DNA of 64,000 nucleotides from Camelus ferus. Lineage: Eukaryota. The notes under the pieces were generated by a model. It saw only the letters and a program-made list of their open reading frames with translations, made no database searches and was not told the origin of the DNA. The DNA lies in the NCBI RefSeq assembly GCF_009834535.1, contig NC_045707.1:60328001-60392000 (forward strand), read 5' to 3'. A program made the translations under genes and the position numbers. Below, in pieces: positions 47,289 through 61,293 of the stretch. Each line of letters begins with the position of its first letter. The first letter of the stretch is position 1.

Positions 47289-48379
47289 TTCCTATGAGAA
47301 ATGCCTCTAATTTCAACACAAAGCCCAGCAATCTCACCCCACCATGCCTCCCTCCTTCTCCTCCACCCACTCTGTCAAGCACGCCACTCTCCGGGCTCAC
47401 ATTCTTCATGTTCTTTTCTGCATCTGTGCCTTTGCACCAACCATCCTCTCTTCCCATAATGCCCTCCTCCCAACCCATTTCTCTTACCCTATCAGACTAA
47501 CTCTATGCATCTTCCAAAATCCAATTTAAATGTCCCTCCCTTGGGAAGAATGAGTTGTTTTCCCCACCACGCTGGGAGATCCTCCAAAGCAGGAACTGAG
47601 TTTTTCTCATCTAGTGCCTAGCACTGTGCCCAGTGAGTACATGAATAAATGGTCAACCAAGCTGACCGATACATATTAATGCACCCTAAGTTATCAGGAC
47701 AGCTGTTGCTTAACATGCAAGGGCAACATGAAAATAGTGAGTACAATAAGCAGTATTTTCTCACCAGAATCAAATTATGCATAGCTCCACCTACCCCACC
47801 CAAATCACGCTAATCATTTATTCACTCCATAAACATTTACTGTTATTATGCAAATGGCAGTAGTCTCGGGGAGGGGGTGCAGTTTTCTTATCTCTCCCTT
47901 CCTTTTTCTTTTTCTAATAATAACAGAGAATTATAGATATATAGTGCCAAAAGGAACCTTGAAAATGATCATATTCACTCTATTAAACAGAGGGGACATA
48001 GAAAGGACATAAGTGACTTGGCCTGGATCACACAGCTACTTAATCACAAAGCCGGACCAGAACACTAGATTCCGAGTAACGCAGTCCAGCACCCTTGTCC
48101 TACACAATGCCACTTATCAAGTGAACACAAAATCTTTTAAGGAGTGGTCCATACAAATCTATCCAATTTTCAGGATTTTTTTTAGACCCAGAAACTTGGG
48201 TTTGCAAAAAGTTGTGACTTTATTTCCCAGGCAGCCCTCTCTTTGCAAAGCAAGCTGAAATTGTGCAAAGCAATCCTACCATCTGACATGGGTTTTGGGA
48301 AATGCAAATGAGATCTCCAGGTTGAGAAATGGAGGTGGGAGGAGGGCATTTTAGGCAGAAGGAATGTCTGGTGCAGAGG

Positions 48380-49320
48380 CACAGATACATTATTACAATT
48401 GTTCTGTGATCTTTAAAATTTTTTATCAAAATATTACAAACTTTTACTGTTGACTATAAATATCTAGAGAAATAATAAAATAATAAAACTAATTTTGACT
48501 ATGTGATTTGAAATATTATAAACATTGAGAATTAAAGTGTTTTATTTCTTTATAAAAAACTTATGAAGAATAGTTTGAGCACCATTTAGCTTCTCATCCT
48601 TAAATTACAAGGAGAACTGACCATTTGTTCTATGTCTTGATGGATTATCACACTCCTTTCTAAGTTTAGATCAGCTTCCAAATTTTATCCTTTGTACTTT
48701 CAATTCCATGAAATATCTCCACGAGTTCATTTAACATGATGTTCTTGCAGGCATCACTCTCTCTGGGGACATCTTTATCCTTTTCATCCCAGTCACTCTC
48801 CTCACTTACATTGATAAATTCACTTTCATTAAGTTTCTCTAACTGCATATCTAGAGTCTCTCAGACGGTGGTCAATGTCCCCACTCAACTATTTCTTCCT
48901 AACTACATTTATATTCAATTCAAATTTCCCCTCTAGGATTGTTGCTTTTTTCCCTTCTTGGCTTCACTTTCATCTTTCTTGGCCAATGCTTTTCTCTAAG
49001 TAATTAATTTTATTAGAATATCATGTGCTTGTATCATGGGGAAACACAGAGGAAACTTGGCACATGAACAAGAGACTTTGAAAGAAATGACATGATTGGG
49101 CATTGGTCACAACGGGATCTGTTGTTTATGTACTGATTTATGGACTGAAACAGGGAATTTGCACTTTTATGCAACTGCTCACAGTGAATATATCATATCA
49201 CAGTAACGGAAACTGGAACCATGTTACCAAGGGGCTAATGTTATTTAACTAAACTGTGGTAACTGACACGCCTGCATAACAGAACCATACAAACCAAGGA
49301 ACTACTTGCATATATTCTGT
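48380..49320 (-). mobile_element. Ancient Tigger-like transposon relic with transposase C-terminal remnant
   Basis: Minus-strand ORF 48666-48848 (EESDWDEKDKDVP...LNELVEIFHGIESTKDKI) resembles acidic pogo/Tigger transposase C-termini. Confidence 0.45.
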
Positions 49321-50330
49321 GATTGAAACTCATTTCTAATTTACTCCTTCATTCAAACCTCTGGCAGAAATTAATCTCAGTTAATTCAGAATAATATCAG
49401 TCAATTCAGCGCTCCCTCAACATACACTTCCTGCCACTCTCTGGAAGCAGTACTTTTAATGACAAGTATTTAAAAATGTAATTCAAACAGGCTTAAACAA
49501 GAAAGGGCCTTGTTTGCTTATAGCACTAAAGGCACAGAGGTAGGACCATGATTCCAGCTCATTTTTACTTCCGTTCCTTCGGTCCTGCGTTACTTCTTGC
49601 AACGTGTGTCTGTTCTATGCACAGGCTGCAGCAATCACAGTTCCACTCGAGCCAAGTACAAAGGAAGAAAAAAAGAAACCCTTCAGAAGTTCTTCCAGAG
49701 GAGTAAGAAAGAACTTTCTCAGAGTTTCCCAGAAGATCTCTCCTCAGTTCTTATTGGCTCAAATTGTGTTACATGTCCATTTCTAGGCCAATTACTGACA
49801 AGGGATATAGGATTACCTTCATTCCACTGAGACCTGTCTTTGAAACTGAAGTACATGGGCTCCTTAGGGACACTTGAACAAAATTTGGGTTCTATTAGAA
49901 TGGAAAAAAGCAGGAAATAGATGCTAGCTAGCAAAAGCAATTTCACTACAGCCCCACCCCTTCTCCCTGCAGGGACACATGGCATCAGGGCATGGGGAAG
50001 GACAAACTGGTTCTCAGTCCTGATCTGTTCAAACTGACATCAGCTCAAATGGACATTTTTCCTTCCACTCTTTGGTCCCTATTACCCTTGTGGCATCCAC
50101 TGTGACTTCCTTGGACACCAAGTCCATCCCCCCTGGCACTCTCTCTGCTGGGCCTTCCTCATCCCACCACAAGGCGTCTCCAAGTCTGCTGGTTCTCAAG
50201 CCCACGTTCATTCACCACACCACTCACAGCCCCTAGGAAAACCGCTAGTCTTCTAGGATGGTGATCTTTCATCTGCTTTGAGCACAACTCAGAGGCCCAG
50301 GAGGGGCCTGTGCGGCTGTCTCTGAGTCTC

Positions 50331-50375
50331 TCTGCTAAGACAGTTTCTGCTAAGACGGTTTCAGCTAAGACTGGG
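50331..50375. repeat. 15-bp tandem repeat x3
   Basis: tctgctaagacagtt / tctgctaagacggtt / tcagctaagactggg. Confidence 0.9.
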
Positions 50376-50539
50376 TCATGGTGTCATTTTTTGTTGAGTC
50401 TGCCCCTTTGAAGCCACCATTTGTAAAGCTTCAACTTGATGTGCAAAATAATTAGCTTTACAACCCTGCAAGGCCACTCTGGTACAGTGTTTCAATCCTT
50501 TAGAGGGCAGAAATCTTGGAGAAACTCTTTGTCTTATTC

Positions 50540-51100
50540 ACAGAGACACATATGAAGGTGTTTACAGTTCCATTGTTTGCAACAACAAGAAGCTATTAAT
50601 GGACTAAAGTTCCACGACATGGATAAAGTGTGATCTAATCATATCCCATGCTACTATTGAACACTTTAAATGTTATAACCAGATCTAAATGCATCAACAT
50701 GGATACAACTGAAAAACATAATGTTGAGTGGGAAAAGTAAGTTGTCAAAAAATATACATTTTACATATGCATAGTGTAAACATATACATATGTATACGTT
50801 TAAAGTCCGTTGTAATAAATGTATGAAAGAATAGATACAGGGAATATACACTAGCACCAGAATAGGGTTACGTCTAGAAAGGCATGGGTTTAAAGGGGAA
50901 TGAGATGGGATTGGTGGAGGTGCTTCAACTGCAGCTGTGATTTTGTTTTTTTTCTTTTTTAACAAAGGGCCCTGAGGTTAATATGGCAAATATTAACAGC
51001 TGGTATTTCTGGGATATAGGAACTCATGTCTTTGTTATATTAATCTCTGTACTTTTCTGTATGTTGGAAATATTTTATAATTTTTAAATTAAAATACTTA
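50540..51100 (+). mobile_element. Old L1 (L1ME-like) 3' end
   Basis: catcaacatggatacaactgaaaaacataatgttgagtgggaaaag...tctctgtacttttctgtatgttggaaatattttataa. Confidence 0.65.
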
Positions 51101-51189
51101 TTTTTAATATAATAATTTTAGAAAATGATTACCATCTGTTGACTCCAACAGTTCCTAGATTTGGGGGTTTTATGGGCGTGGGAGGCTGT

Positions 51190-51550
51190 ATTATCGGTCA
51201 GAATATCTGCTGCTTTTTCCTGGAGGAAGTTTGTACTTCCTCGCTGTATTGAACTCAGCAAAGGCCATGAACTTACTTTTTCCAAAGAAATGTAGATGGA
51301 AGTGATGCGTGGCCCTGGGAGCAGAAGTTTTAAAAGAATGCTTGTGGTCTTCTATGTCTGCTTTTTCATCTGCCAAAAATCCAGGTGTCCTGGAGAGGGG
51401 CTGCTCTCTCACTGTCTTAAGGAAGCAGCAGAGACATAGCCAACCTGCAGTGAACATGTAGTACGGGCAGAAATAAAACTCTGTTCTCAAAGCACTGAGA
51501 TTTGAGGTTGTTTACTACCTTAGCCTGATTTAGGCTAGCCTAACTTGCAC
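51190..51550 (+). mobile_element. ERVL-MaLR (old MLT1) LTR
   Basis: gaacatgtagt...agaaataaaactctgtt...aagcactgagatttgaggttgttt...tagcct, typical MLT1 3' end. Confidence 0.65.
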
Positions 51551-51809
51551 AGTTTAAAAGGCACTATAAATAATGAGGGACTAACACAGCATGGGTTTTC
51601 AAAATCACTACTGATATCGCCTAGCACAGTCTTTTTTTTGTTTGTTTTTCCCAATGCAGAAGACATTATAGCAAAATAAGGAAGTTATTTAAACTCAGTA
51701 AATTTAACACTTTGAAAACTTAACCATGCCCCCCCTCAGCCGCTACCACCACAGTCCAACTTGGTATCAGACTTGTGGAGAGCTTCGCCATAGACTGGCT
51801 GTAGGGCTA

Positions 51810-53400
51810 AACCAGTTATTTTAATCTGGGATGTGGAAAGACTTTGCAAGGGATAGGTACGTATTCAAATAATTTAAAGGGAATCAACTTTTCTTGTATC
51901 TTCAAATTCCATTTATACTCACTTCTAAAACTGATAATCAGTAATTTCTAAAAATGATAAACTCCATAGCCCCAGTAATCTCTAGCCAACTGTTGTGCTG
52001 GTATAGCTGTGATGTTATGTCATACTCTGTTGTGTTGTATCATATTGTACATTATATTGTATGTTACTCTGTTCCTATCTCCACCTTCTCCCATTAAAAA
52101 AGAATTTACTTTCCACACAACCAAAGGTTACAAAGGTACACTACTTGGGATATAGAAATCCATGAGACATCCATCACAGGGGAAATTTTAAATACTGGTA
52201 TCTGTGCTGAGAAAGTAAATGATTCTAATGACTGGATTTCTAATCCTTTTGCAGGTCAGGTAGCTTCCAATTCTTTTTCTCTTAATAGCATTGAAGCAAA
52301 ACTAAGCCAGCTACCCAGTGATCAAAATTAAAATGATTAAAAAATATATCTTGAAAGAGTCCTAGGTCACATTTAGCAAGTAACTTAGAAATCATTCAAA
52401 GAATTGAGTTACATCGTCTAATAAAATTTCTTCCAGTCCCATTGCTTATTGCTATGAATGAAGTTTCTTGAAGTTTAAAACTAGAAAAAAATGATAACTA
52501 CAGAGAATATTGATACTGACCCTTCTCTCATTCTAGCAAAACTGAATATTCACCATAGGTAATTGAACTAATTTTTAGCAATCCCTATATATCTCACTAA
52601 GAGGCAAATTGCCAAATAAAACACTTGCTCTTTAATTTTTAATAATTATTAATCAACATTTATAATATATTTGTGTTTTAATCAATTGTGTGCTAAAAAA
52701 TACAGATAACTAAAGCTTATAGTCACAGAAATATTTTGTAATTTAAATTCTAATGTACATAATTATTTTTGTTACAGAGAAATATATATGTATAAAATGT
52801 AATATATATAGCATTATACGTATAACATAGACTCATATAAGATACATATGCACATAACATTGCAATATAAATCTTTTGGAAAAGTGGAATTCAAATATAA
52901 GTTTAAGGTCGGGGAGGGTATAGCTCAAGTGGTAGAGCTTAGCATGCATGAGGTGCACCTATGAGGTGCTGGGTCAACCCCCAGTACCTCCTCTAAAAAT
53001 AAATAAACCTTATTACCTCTCTCCCCAACCCCTCACCAAAATAAAATAATTAAAGAATACAGTAATAAATAAATAAATAAATAAATAAATATTTTAAATA
53101 TATACAAGTTTAAGGATGAAAAGGAACTATGTGAAAATTACTTATTTAAAATTTCTTGCTCATGTAATATTAAAATGGCTGGTGATGTATATTAAATCCC
53201 TTTGGCATTTAGATTCCATTGTATACATTTAAAAGAGTGAGTGATGACACAGTTTTATTTTAAAATGTCGATCTCCACAACCACAGGAAATTATATTCGT
53301 TACAATCATTTTAAACGTATAATTAAAAATTTTACCTACAAACTTAAAAATATACTCTAAATTTGTTCTAGGAGGTCATGAGCAAAGCCGTGCACAGATC
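51810..53400 (+). mobile_element. Degraded hAT-Charlie transposon with hATC-like coding relic (~52380-52520)
   Basis: ttcaaagaattgagttacatc...aaatttcttccagtccc resembles the FKELS..I..KLLPFP segment of Charlie transposases; boundaries approximate. Confidence 0.45.
52911..53105 (+). mobile_element. Vic-1-type SINE with long (TAAA)n tail
   Basis: ggggagggtatagctcaagtggtagagc...; TSD aagtttaagg 52899-52908 and 53106-53115; internal atgaggtgc duplication. Confidence 0.9.
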
Positions 53401-54849
53401 ACTGTCATACTCTCAGAAGATGGACCCTCTCACGCCCATCCTTCAGCCTCCAGTAGGCTCCCAGCATTGTCCACATGGTGGCAGTAGTGTCCATGCAGAA
53501 GGATGGATTTCCAAATCTAGATGACTTCTAAATCATTCCCATATTTCATTTGCAATCAGCATGTTAAGTAAACAGTTTACATATTGCATTAGGGCAATAA
53601 AATGTCCACTGTGACCTACCACTGCTGAATTTCAAAATATTTCATTAAATTTTCCAGTCATGTAACAAATAACAAACAAACAAATAGGAAAACTATCCTA
53701 TAAATACCAGGGCTATGTAAATCTCTTTTCACCCACCTGGGAATGACCCGGACATTAAATTCATCTTTTACACTCCTCTTTGCTTTTCTCTTCCCCACTG
53801 CTTACGCAGTCTCTGCCCACCCCCACCCCCAGCTTCAGTTGCTAAGCAACTAAAAGAGCTTCGTTGTTTTTGAACACTAACCATTAGTTGCCCTCATTTT
53901 CTCTAATGAGAACATGGCTGCAGCCCAAATTACCTCCTTTTCCTGAAAGACAGAGCAGGATGCTTATGACTTATGCTAATAGAAAGGCAAATCACATCCC
54001 AAAAGATAAACGCCGGAAAAGGAAACCCAGAGTGCTCGAGCAACTCTGAACACAATACCCAAACACTGTACTAATGGTTCAGTTTGCCTTGTTAAAGAAT
54101 CATATTATTGAGCACCTATTATATGCTAGGCACTGTGCTAAGTGTTTGAGGTTTATTATTTCTTTTAATCTTCAAAATATAATTTCTTGTATACACAACT
54201 GTGTTTTGGAAGGTTTTTACAACATAGGACAGAGTAACTTCATAAGATTTGGTTGGGTGCAGGTTCACTGGGTTTTTTTTTTTTTTTGAAAGGACTATTG
54301 CTAAAAGGAAAGTGGGAATAGAAAGTTTTGACAGATATCCATTCACCAGTCATCCTTAGGCAAATCTGGTTTTTTTACTTTAATTTTTGTTTTAATTTTT
54401 CAGATCGGAAAGCCGAGACCCACTGAAGTTAAATGATTTCCTAAGTCAGAAGCCAACAAATGGCTGATTTAGATTCCGTCAGGCTCTCCCACCACTATGG
54501 CGCACTGCCTCGTGCTCGTACTGGGTTCAGAACGTTGCAGGAATTTCTGTCTTAGTTCATTAATTCATAAAAAGGTGTGCTGCATCTGACAGGTAAAAGT
54601 ATGATGAGAATTTCTACAGTAAAACTGTGGCAGGCTCTTCTCCATATACAAATGGAATGTTCTCAGTCCCTGTGTAAGCAGACGGACTGACCTGAGTTTA
54701 AACCTTGCTTTGCCACTCTTATAACCTGATAAAGTGAGATCATTAGTTACCTCCTCACTTTGAGCCTCAGTTTCTCCTCAAAAAACAAAAAACAGAAACA
54801 AAAACAAAGAGCATCTATTGCATAGGTATGATGTGAAAATTAATGTTGT

Positions 54850-55270
54850 ATGTTAGTCAGGGTATGTTCAACTGTAGCAACAAATGGATAGCCAAATGGA
54901 TGACGGCTCAAACTGTACACGAGCTTTCTTCTCATTCTCATTGTAGCTCCAGGTAGGCATGCCCCTTTGGCAGCACATCTCTCCTTCAAGGTGGCAGGCT
55001 GCTAGGAGTTGATCGACCTTCAGCAAGTGACTTTCAAGGTCACCCTGGGCATCAGCTCCATACAGGTCAGCCAGACATGGAAAAGGTTCAGACAAAGCAA
55101 GTTTGGGGGGGCTTTTTAAAGTCAGATCTGGAAGCGGGACACCCTACTTCCACTCACAGTCTATCTGCTGGAGCTCAGGCATGTATGCATCCATCTGCAA
55201 GAGGCTGGGGGATGTAACGTGGCTGAGGGTCCAAGGAGAAAAGACCCTAGAACTTGGGAAACATCTCCGC
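54850..55270 (-). mobile_element. ERVL-MaLR (old MLT1J-like) LTR
   Basis: tgttagtcagggtatgttcaactgtagcaacaaa...tacttccactcacagtctat, antisense MLT1-like. Confidence 0.55.
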
Positions 55271-55981
55271 CAAGGGATCGTGTTTCTGTGACCATTTCTG
55301 ACCACACACAACGTAAGAGTTCAGCAAATGTTAGTTTCTTCCCTTCTTCCCTCTCTCCCTCCTTTATTGTTTTTTTCTTTCTCTATCATCTATTGATCTA
55401 TACAGAAAATATTTCCTACATAAGAAATAACCATTGGCTACAGTGTGATACCTCTTCAATTGACAGTGAAGCAGTAAATTAGAGATGAGATGATTTTCAT
55501 AATAAACAACGTTTTTGTCAAGCAGGAATCTAAGCCTAGTCAACAAACATCAGCTATTTTCATTACGATTACAATTTCTTCTTTTCTAAGTTGTTGTCAG
55601 CCATAAAATACTTGATCTGCTACTCCACGAAGTGAAGGACTATTCAAAACTATCCTGGATTCTCCACATTTCCCTTTGCAAGTATTCTAGAATACTGGAA
55701 GTTCTCAGAGTTGGAAGGGCCTCTCAAGGTCAATTTATCAAATTTCCTCAGTTTGGAGATGAGAAAAATGAAGTGCAAAGTGAAGGGACGTGCCCAGAAT
55801 CACACAGCTGGTCCATGGCAGGGCTGGGGAATTTGACATCTAGTCAAGGTCTTATCAGTGATCAAGGAATGGTTGTAATTATTGAAGAGGTGCATGCAAG
55901 CGCTTTGAGAACCCAGAGGAGCTTAACAGGAGGTAGATACAATCCTGACTCCCTCAGAAGGCTGATGTTAAAATGCCGTTT

Positions 55982-56105
55982 GGGGTGGAGAGTATAGCTC
56001 AGTGGTAGAGCGTGTTCTTGGTGTGCATGAGGTCCTGAGTTCAATCCCAAGTACATTCGTTAAGAGAAATAAAAAAAGAAGGAAGTTCTCTAAAATTTAA
56101 AAGGT
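55982..56105 (+). mobile_element. Vic-1-type SINE (diverged)
   Basis: gtatagctcagtggtagagcgtg...gcatgaggtcctgagttcaatccc plus A-rich tail; flanking aaaatgcc repeats. Confidence 0.85.
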
Positions 56106-56667
56106 AAAAAAATGCCAATTTTATCTAGAATCAACATCACTTTTGGTTGAAATCATTTATCAAATTAGCTAAATAATTTCAAGGTAAGAAAAAAAAATTA
56201 GAAGAGTTAACTTTTGATGAGGGGACAAAGTGAGAATTGGGGAAAGTATAGACCAGGGTGTGAGGAGGGGTTTTGAAAGACAAACCCAAGTGGAGCAGAA
56301 GACATTTGAACAGAGCAGGGACAGGGTGGTGGTAGTTGAGGGAGGTGCGGGGCTGAGTAGCCAAGAAGCAGCATAAAGTCCTTGAACATCTCAGAGAAAG
56401 GGTCTTTTAACCTTATGTATTAAACCGATGACAGTTTATGTAGCAAAAAAAACCTCCGAAAGCAGGTGGCAGGCCATTTTAAAGATGAACAAGTTAATGA
56501 TCAGAGAGCAAAATGATTTTCCAAGAGAAACAGCAGAACAAGAATTTGAACATGGTCTTTTGACTTTGAAGCCACTAAACTTTCAACTAACATATGCTGT
56601 AAGAAACAGAGCATTGAGTTAGCACAGACAAACTTCATTCACTTCATGATTGCATTGTTACAGGCCA

Positions 56668-57762
56668 TGGTAGACTGATTGTAAATATGGCTCCAGTTCT
56701 CCACTCCCCCTTATTTACCCATTGCTCACCGCAGTGTGACTTTACAGTTCCTTCTATCAGCTGGTAGAGTCCATTTCCCCATATATTTTTTTAAACCTGA
56801 AGTATAATTGACTTACAATGTTTCAGGTGTACAGCAAAGAGATTCAGTTACATATATAAATACTTCTTCAGATTATTTTCCTTTACAGGTTATGACAAGA
56901 TATTAAATATAGTTTCTTGTGCTATACAGTATGTCCTTGTTGTTTATCTTTTTTACTATATAGTAGTGTGTATCCGTTAATCCCAAATTCCCAATTTATC
57001 CATCCCCTTACTTTCCTCTTCGGTAACCATAAATTTGTTTTTTATGTCTGTGAGTCTATTTCTGTTGCAGAAATAAATTCATTGGTATCTTTTTTTAAGA
57101 TTTCACTTATAAGTGATACCGTATGATATTTGTCTTTCTCTGTCTGACTTACTTTCACTTAGTATGATAATCTCTAGATCTATCCATGTTGTTGTAAATG
57201 GCATTATTTCATTCTTTTTTATGGCTGAGTAATATTTGATTTTATATATATATATATATCACATCTTTTTTATTCATTCGTCTGTTGATGAACATTTAGG
57301 TTTCTTCCATGTCTTTGTTATTGTAAATAATGCTCTTATGAACACTGAAGTGCATGTATCTTTTTGATTTCCTCATATCTTAAATCTGGCTGGCCTTGTA
57401 ACTTGCTCTGGCTAACAGAATGAAGCAGAAATGATTACATGCTAACTTGAAGCCAGACCATAAGAGATTTCATGTGCTTTAGTTTTCCCTACTTTGGATT
57501 TATGCCTCCAAATTAAGAAACAATTTGGTCTAGCCAACTGGAAGTTGAGACCATTTGGTGCAGATATAATTCATGCCAACAGAGACCTTCCTAAACTAGC
57601 CAGATCCCAATCAACACACCCGCTAACAGGAAACATGTGAAGAATCCCAGACACCATCAGTCAAGCCTGTTCAGCAGACCTGCCCTGTAGACCCACAGAC
57701 TAACAATAGTAAATTGTTGTTTTAAGCCATGTATTTTGGGATGATTTGTTACTCAGCAATTG
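56668..57762 (+). mobile_element. MLT1-type LTR split by an antisense L1 insertion
   Basis: MLT1-like text on both sides (ttaaatctggctggccttgtaacttgctctggc; gttgttttaagcca...tttgttactcagcaat). Confidence 0.7.
56788..57366 (-). mobile_element. 5'-truncated L1 3' end with 15-bp TSD
   Basis: Antisense L1 ORF2 end/3'UTR; TSD atttccccatatatt (56773-56787) vs atttcctcatatctt (57367-57381). Confidence 0.9.
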
Positions 57763-58105
57763 CTGATGCAAGGGAAATCTTGCATTCAGAACAAGGTTGA
57801 GGATCAGCATAGCCCAATCATCCATAAAGATTCACCCCCAAATTATAGAAATATATTGAAAATGTGTGCCAATTACTTCTAGTTTCTGCAACTTTCTTTT
57901 GTAAATGGTGAAATGCATATTGCTCCTGCTTCTGCCAAAGTAGAAAATATCTGTAAGTGAAAAACAAAAGTTACTCCTCTCAGTCACAACCACACCCCCA
58001 TTAAATAAATGCTGAACAGATATCTTGAAAAATTAATCCACAGGGCATCAAATAATTAGGTTGCCAAGGAGCCTCTATGTTTTCGGTCAACCTTGTCTGC
58101 TTTTT

Positions 58106-58161
58106 ATGTAGATCATTGGCATGCAGATGCTGTATATAGATCATTGGCATACAGATGCTGT
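58106..58161. repeat. 28-bp tandem duplication
   Basis: atgtagatcattggcatgcagatgctgt / atatagatcattggcatacagatgctgt, 2 mismatches. Confidence 0.92.
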
Positions 58162-61100
58162 TAGGGACATGTACTAATTGTCTTCATTTCCTCAGAAAAT
58201 GTCAAAAGCAAATGACAAGAGGAGTACTTTTTAAGTACAGAAGTAGAAAAGTTGTTAGGGCTTTAAGAGGTAAGATCAGGTCAAAATTTGATGGCTGAAA
58301 AAGATGTCTCATTCCTCCCTGTCTATAAGTCTCCCTTCCTTCCTGAACAACTCCTGTGTAACAGGCTAGCCTTTAGACTATCAGTTCTAGACTCTTACTC
58401 ATCTTCAGACTTTGCTGAGTTTGGACTTTGGAGGGTCAAGTTTCAAGACAACCAGGCAAAATCATTTACGAGGTACGTGAGAGTGGAAATGCCATATGGT
58501 TTCTGACTTGTAAAAACTAAAATAATATTTTTTTTAAACCCTGTCTTCTCCACCCAAACTTGTTTCCTTAAAGCATAACCTTGTCTTGTGGTTACCCTCT
58601 AAAAGAAAGTATTTTAAAAGGTCTCCTTTGGAAACAAAAAAAGTTATTCAAGTTCACTTTCGGTCTGTGTCAGCAAGTATTTCCACATGCTGTTTGCCAG
58701 CAGGCTATTGGTGCCATGCGATTTGCTCAAGGCAGCCTGCCCTCCTTCAGACCTGGGGTAGATGAAAAAAGGAGAGTGATCTGACAGTTAAATTTTAAAT
58801 CTAGTTAATATTGAAAACATTTAAATAGAGCATAAGGAATTCAGTTCTCATAAGCCAGAGGCCAACTCTTCCCCCACTGAACTTCTGAGAAGGTGTTGTT
58901 CCACGGTTGGGGGCATGGGTTGGACATTTTAGTTCTGGCTCTGCCATTTACTTGCTGTATAACCTCAGTTTCCTCATCTGCAAAATGGGGATGATATTAA
59001 TGTCACAGAGTGGTTTTTAGGAAAGGACGCCAGGTACATAATAGTAAACTGCCAACATTTATTGAGCTGAGCCCTGCACCGAACATGCAACATCTCATTT
59101 AAACCTCAGATGAGGAATTGAGGCTTGGCGGCTTCATGCTTAGGCTATAGCTTGCATGCAACGGCAGAGCTCACATTTGAGCTCAGATGGGTCTGATTCG
59201 AAGCCTCTTCCATGCCCTTCCTCTCCTCCTTCTGCCAGCTTGTTACAGGTGAAAAGAAGGTTCTAGAGAATGGTCAAAACACAGAAGGAAGGAATTTGAA
59301 TTGCTGACTCCTCACGTGGAGGAGAGTCACTTGCCAAGCTTGCTCTGGGCATCAACCGAGAGAGAAATAAACTATTATGTTTGAGCCATCGTATATTGAG
59401 GTCTGTTTGTTACGGCAGTTTGGTCCACCCCAACCAATACAGTTGACAAATACAGAATTAAACACCAAATGTATTAGTTGAATGATGTTAAAGGCTAATG
59501 GGATGGGGTCTAACACCCCTACCTCCGTGAGGAAAACACACTCGAGGCAGGAGAGCAGGGGGTTAAGAGCATACTCTTTCATCCCAGGCACACCTGGCTC
59601 GAGTCCCAGCTCCGCCACTAACTAGGTGTGAGAGAGCAAGAAAGTTACCCAACGTCTCCGAGCCTTGGTGAACCCAGGTATAAAGTGGGGATGTTGATAA
59701 TCACCTAAGGTTTTGTCAGGATTGGGTGATACCACAACGTGAAGTGCTCGGCACAATTAATACATTCTGCGACAATAATCATATCAATACACCAACCAAG
59801 TGGGTGAGAAAGTTCCTGCCAGCTGGTCAGAGTGCTCCTACTAAAGGGCAGAGAGCTGGCGACACACAGAAAATTCTTCCTTTTCAGGCTGCCTTCTTGT
59901 CGCTGGCTTACCTCCTGTTCTCTCACATTCCAGCTAGATTTGACTTGATTTCCAGTCCTTGCCAATCTTCCTTTTGACCTAGGGCAGTTCCCTTTTTATG
60001 CTATTTTAACAACTTAATTTAGTCTAAGAGAGCAACATTATTGCTCTGTTTCCAAAGTCTAATGCCCACTTCCCTGTCAGCCCCAAGGACTAATCACAGA
60101 TTTTAAATTCTAGGCTCACATTGCTCACTCATCAGCGGGAGGAAACCCACATGAAGAGAGAGTTCCTCACAGGCCAGCTTGGGCATTCCAGAGTGGGAAG
60201 AACTCTCAGATCCACTTACAACTGACCAGTAACATCCATCACTGGAAAACAGCCCCATTCAAAACTTTTAGATCAGTCGAGGCCATCAGCGCATCCCTGA
60301 GCCACACGAGGAAGGACACATAGCTACCATCCGCCCTCATTTATCCTGATGAGGTGAGAATCTTGGGATTCACCCAACAACCAGAGAGGACAACCTCCAA
60401 GGGGCAGGGGTCTGCTCCCTGAGGTGGGGGCTGCCGTGAGGAGACTGTCCCTGGATTGTCAAGACCTCCCTGTGCCCATATTTCACATTCTGCCAGAATC
60501 TTGGGGGCTCTGCAGTTGTACAGCAATCTGCCTAGGAGGTCAGGAGGGTTAGATCAATTACTTATCCCCTTTCCACTGCCTATTGCCCCAATACATATCC
60601 CGTACCACATCTCTTCTGGCTGCTCAGTTGTATGCCATTCTCCAAAGGTAAAATTCCCCTCCCTCCAAGTCTCACCCTTGCTCTTTAATATTATTTCTAC
60701 TTTGATTTGTCTTAACATTCCTTGTAATGGACTAGATGCTACAACAAATAGTAGTACTGCTCATTCCTAAGGCAATCTTTAGTTTCTATTTTCAAGTTTT
60801 GAGTAAAATCTCTTTGCCTTCTCTTGGGTCTAGTCACCAGGATCATAACCAGACTACCAAGTTCAGGAAAATCTTCCATAACACATTAAAGTTCACTCTA
60901 GTGCACCATTTTTTCCTTGACTGAATTGGTGTCACTTGGTTACAGCTGAATGACGGTTACAGTGTTTCCTGGAATAACTTCAACATTTACTTTATTGCAA
61001 AATATTACAAACCACATTGTGTTCACAGTAATCTTCAGCTACTATTTTAACTCCAGTATGCTTGGCACACCTAAACTTTTTCCTTCTTTTCTCCTATCCT

Positions 61101-61293
61101 AATGCTCTTCAGTATCTGAGGAAAAAGAGCAAGTAGGAGTTACTCAAAGGAGTGGATATAATTCTTTGGAAAATGTTATTTTTTTTCTGAACCACAATTA
61201 AACCAAAGTTACTGGAATCTCTACCAAGGTTTGTAGAAATTTAGGTAGCTGTATGTATTTTCTCTTTTTCCGCAGTTTCTCAATGCTGTCGAT

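Noticed and set aside
50331..50375. Short repeats as a CRISPR-like array
   Set aside because: Head-to-tail units with no unique spacers, no cas genes, mammalian context.
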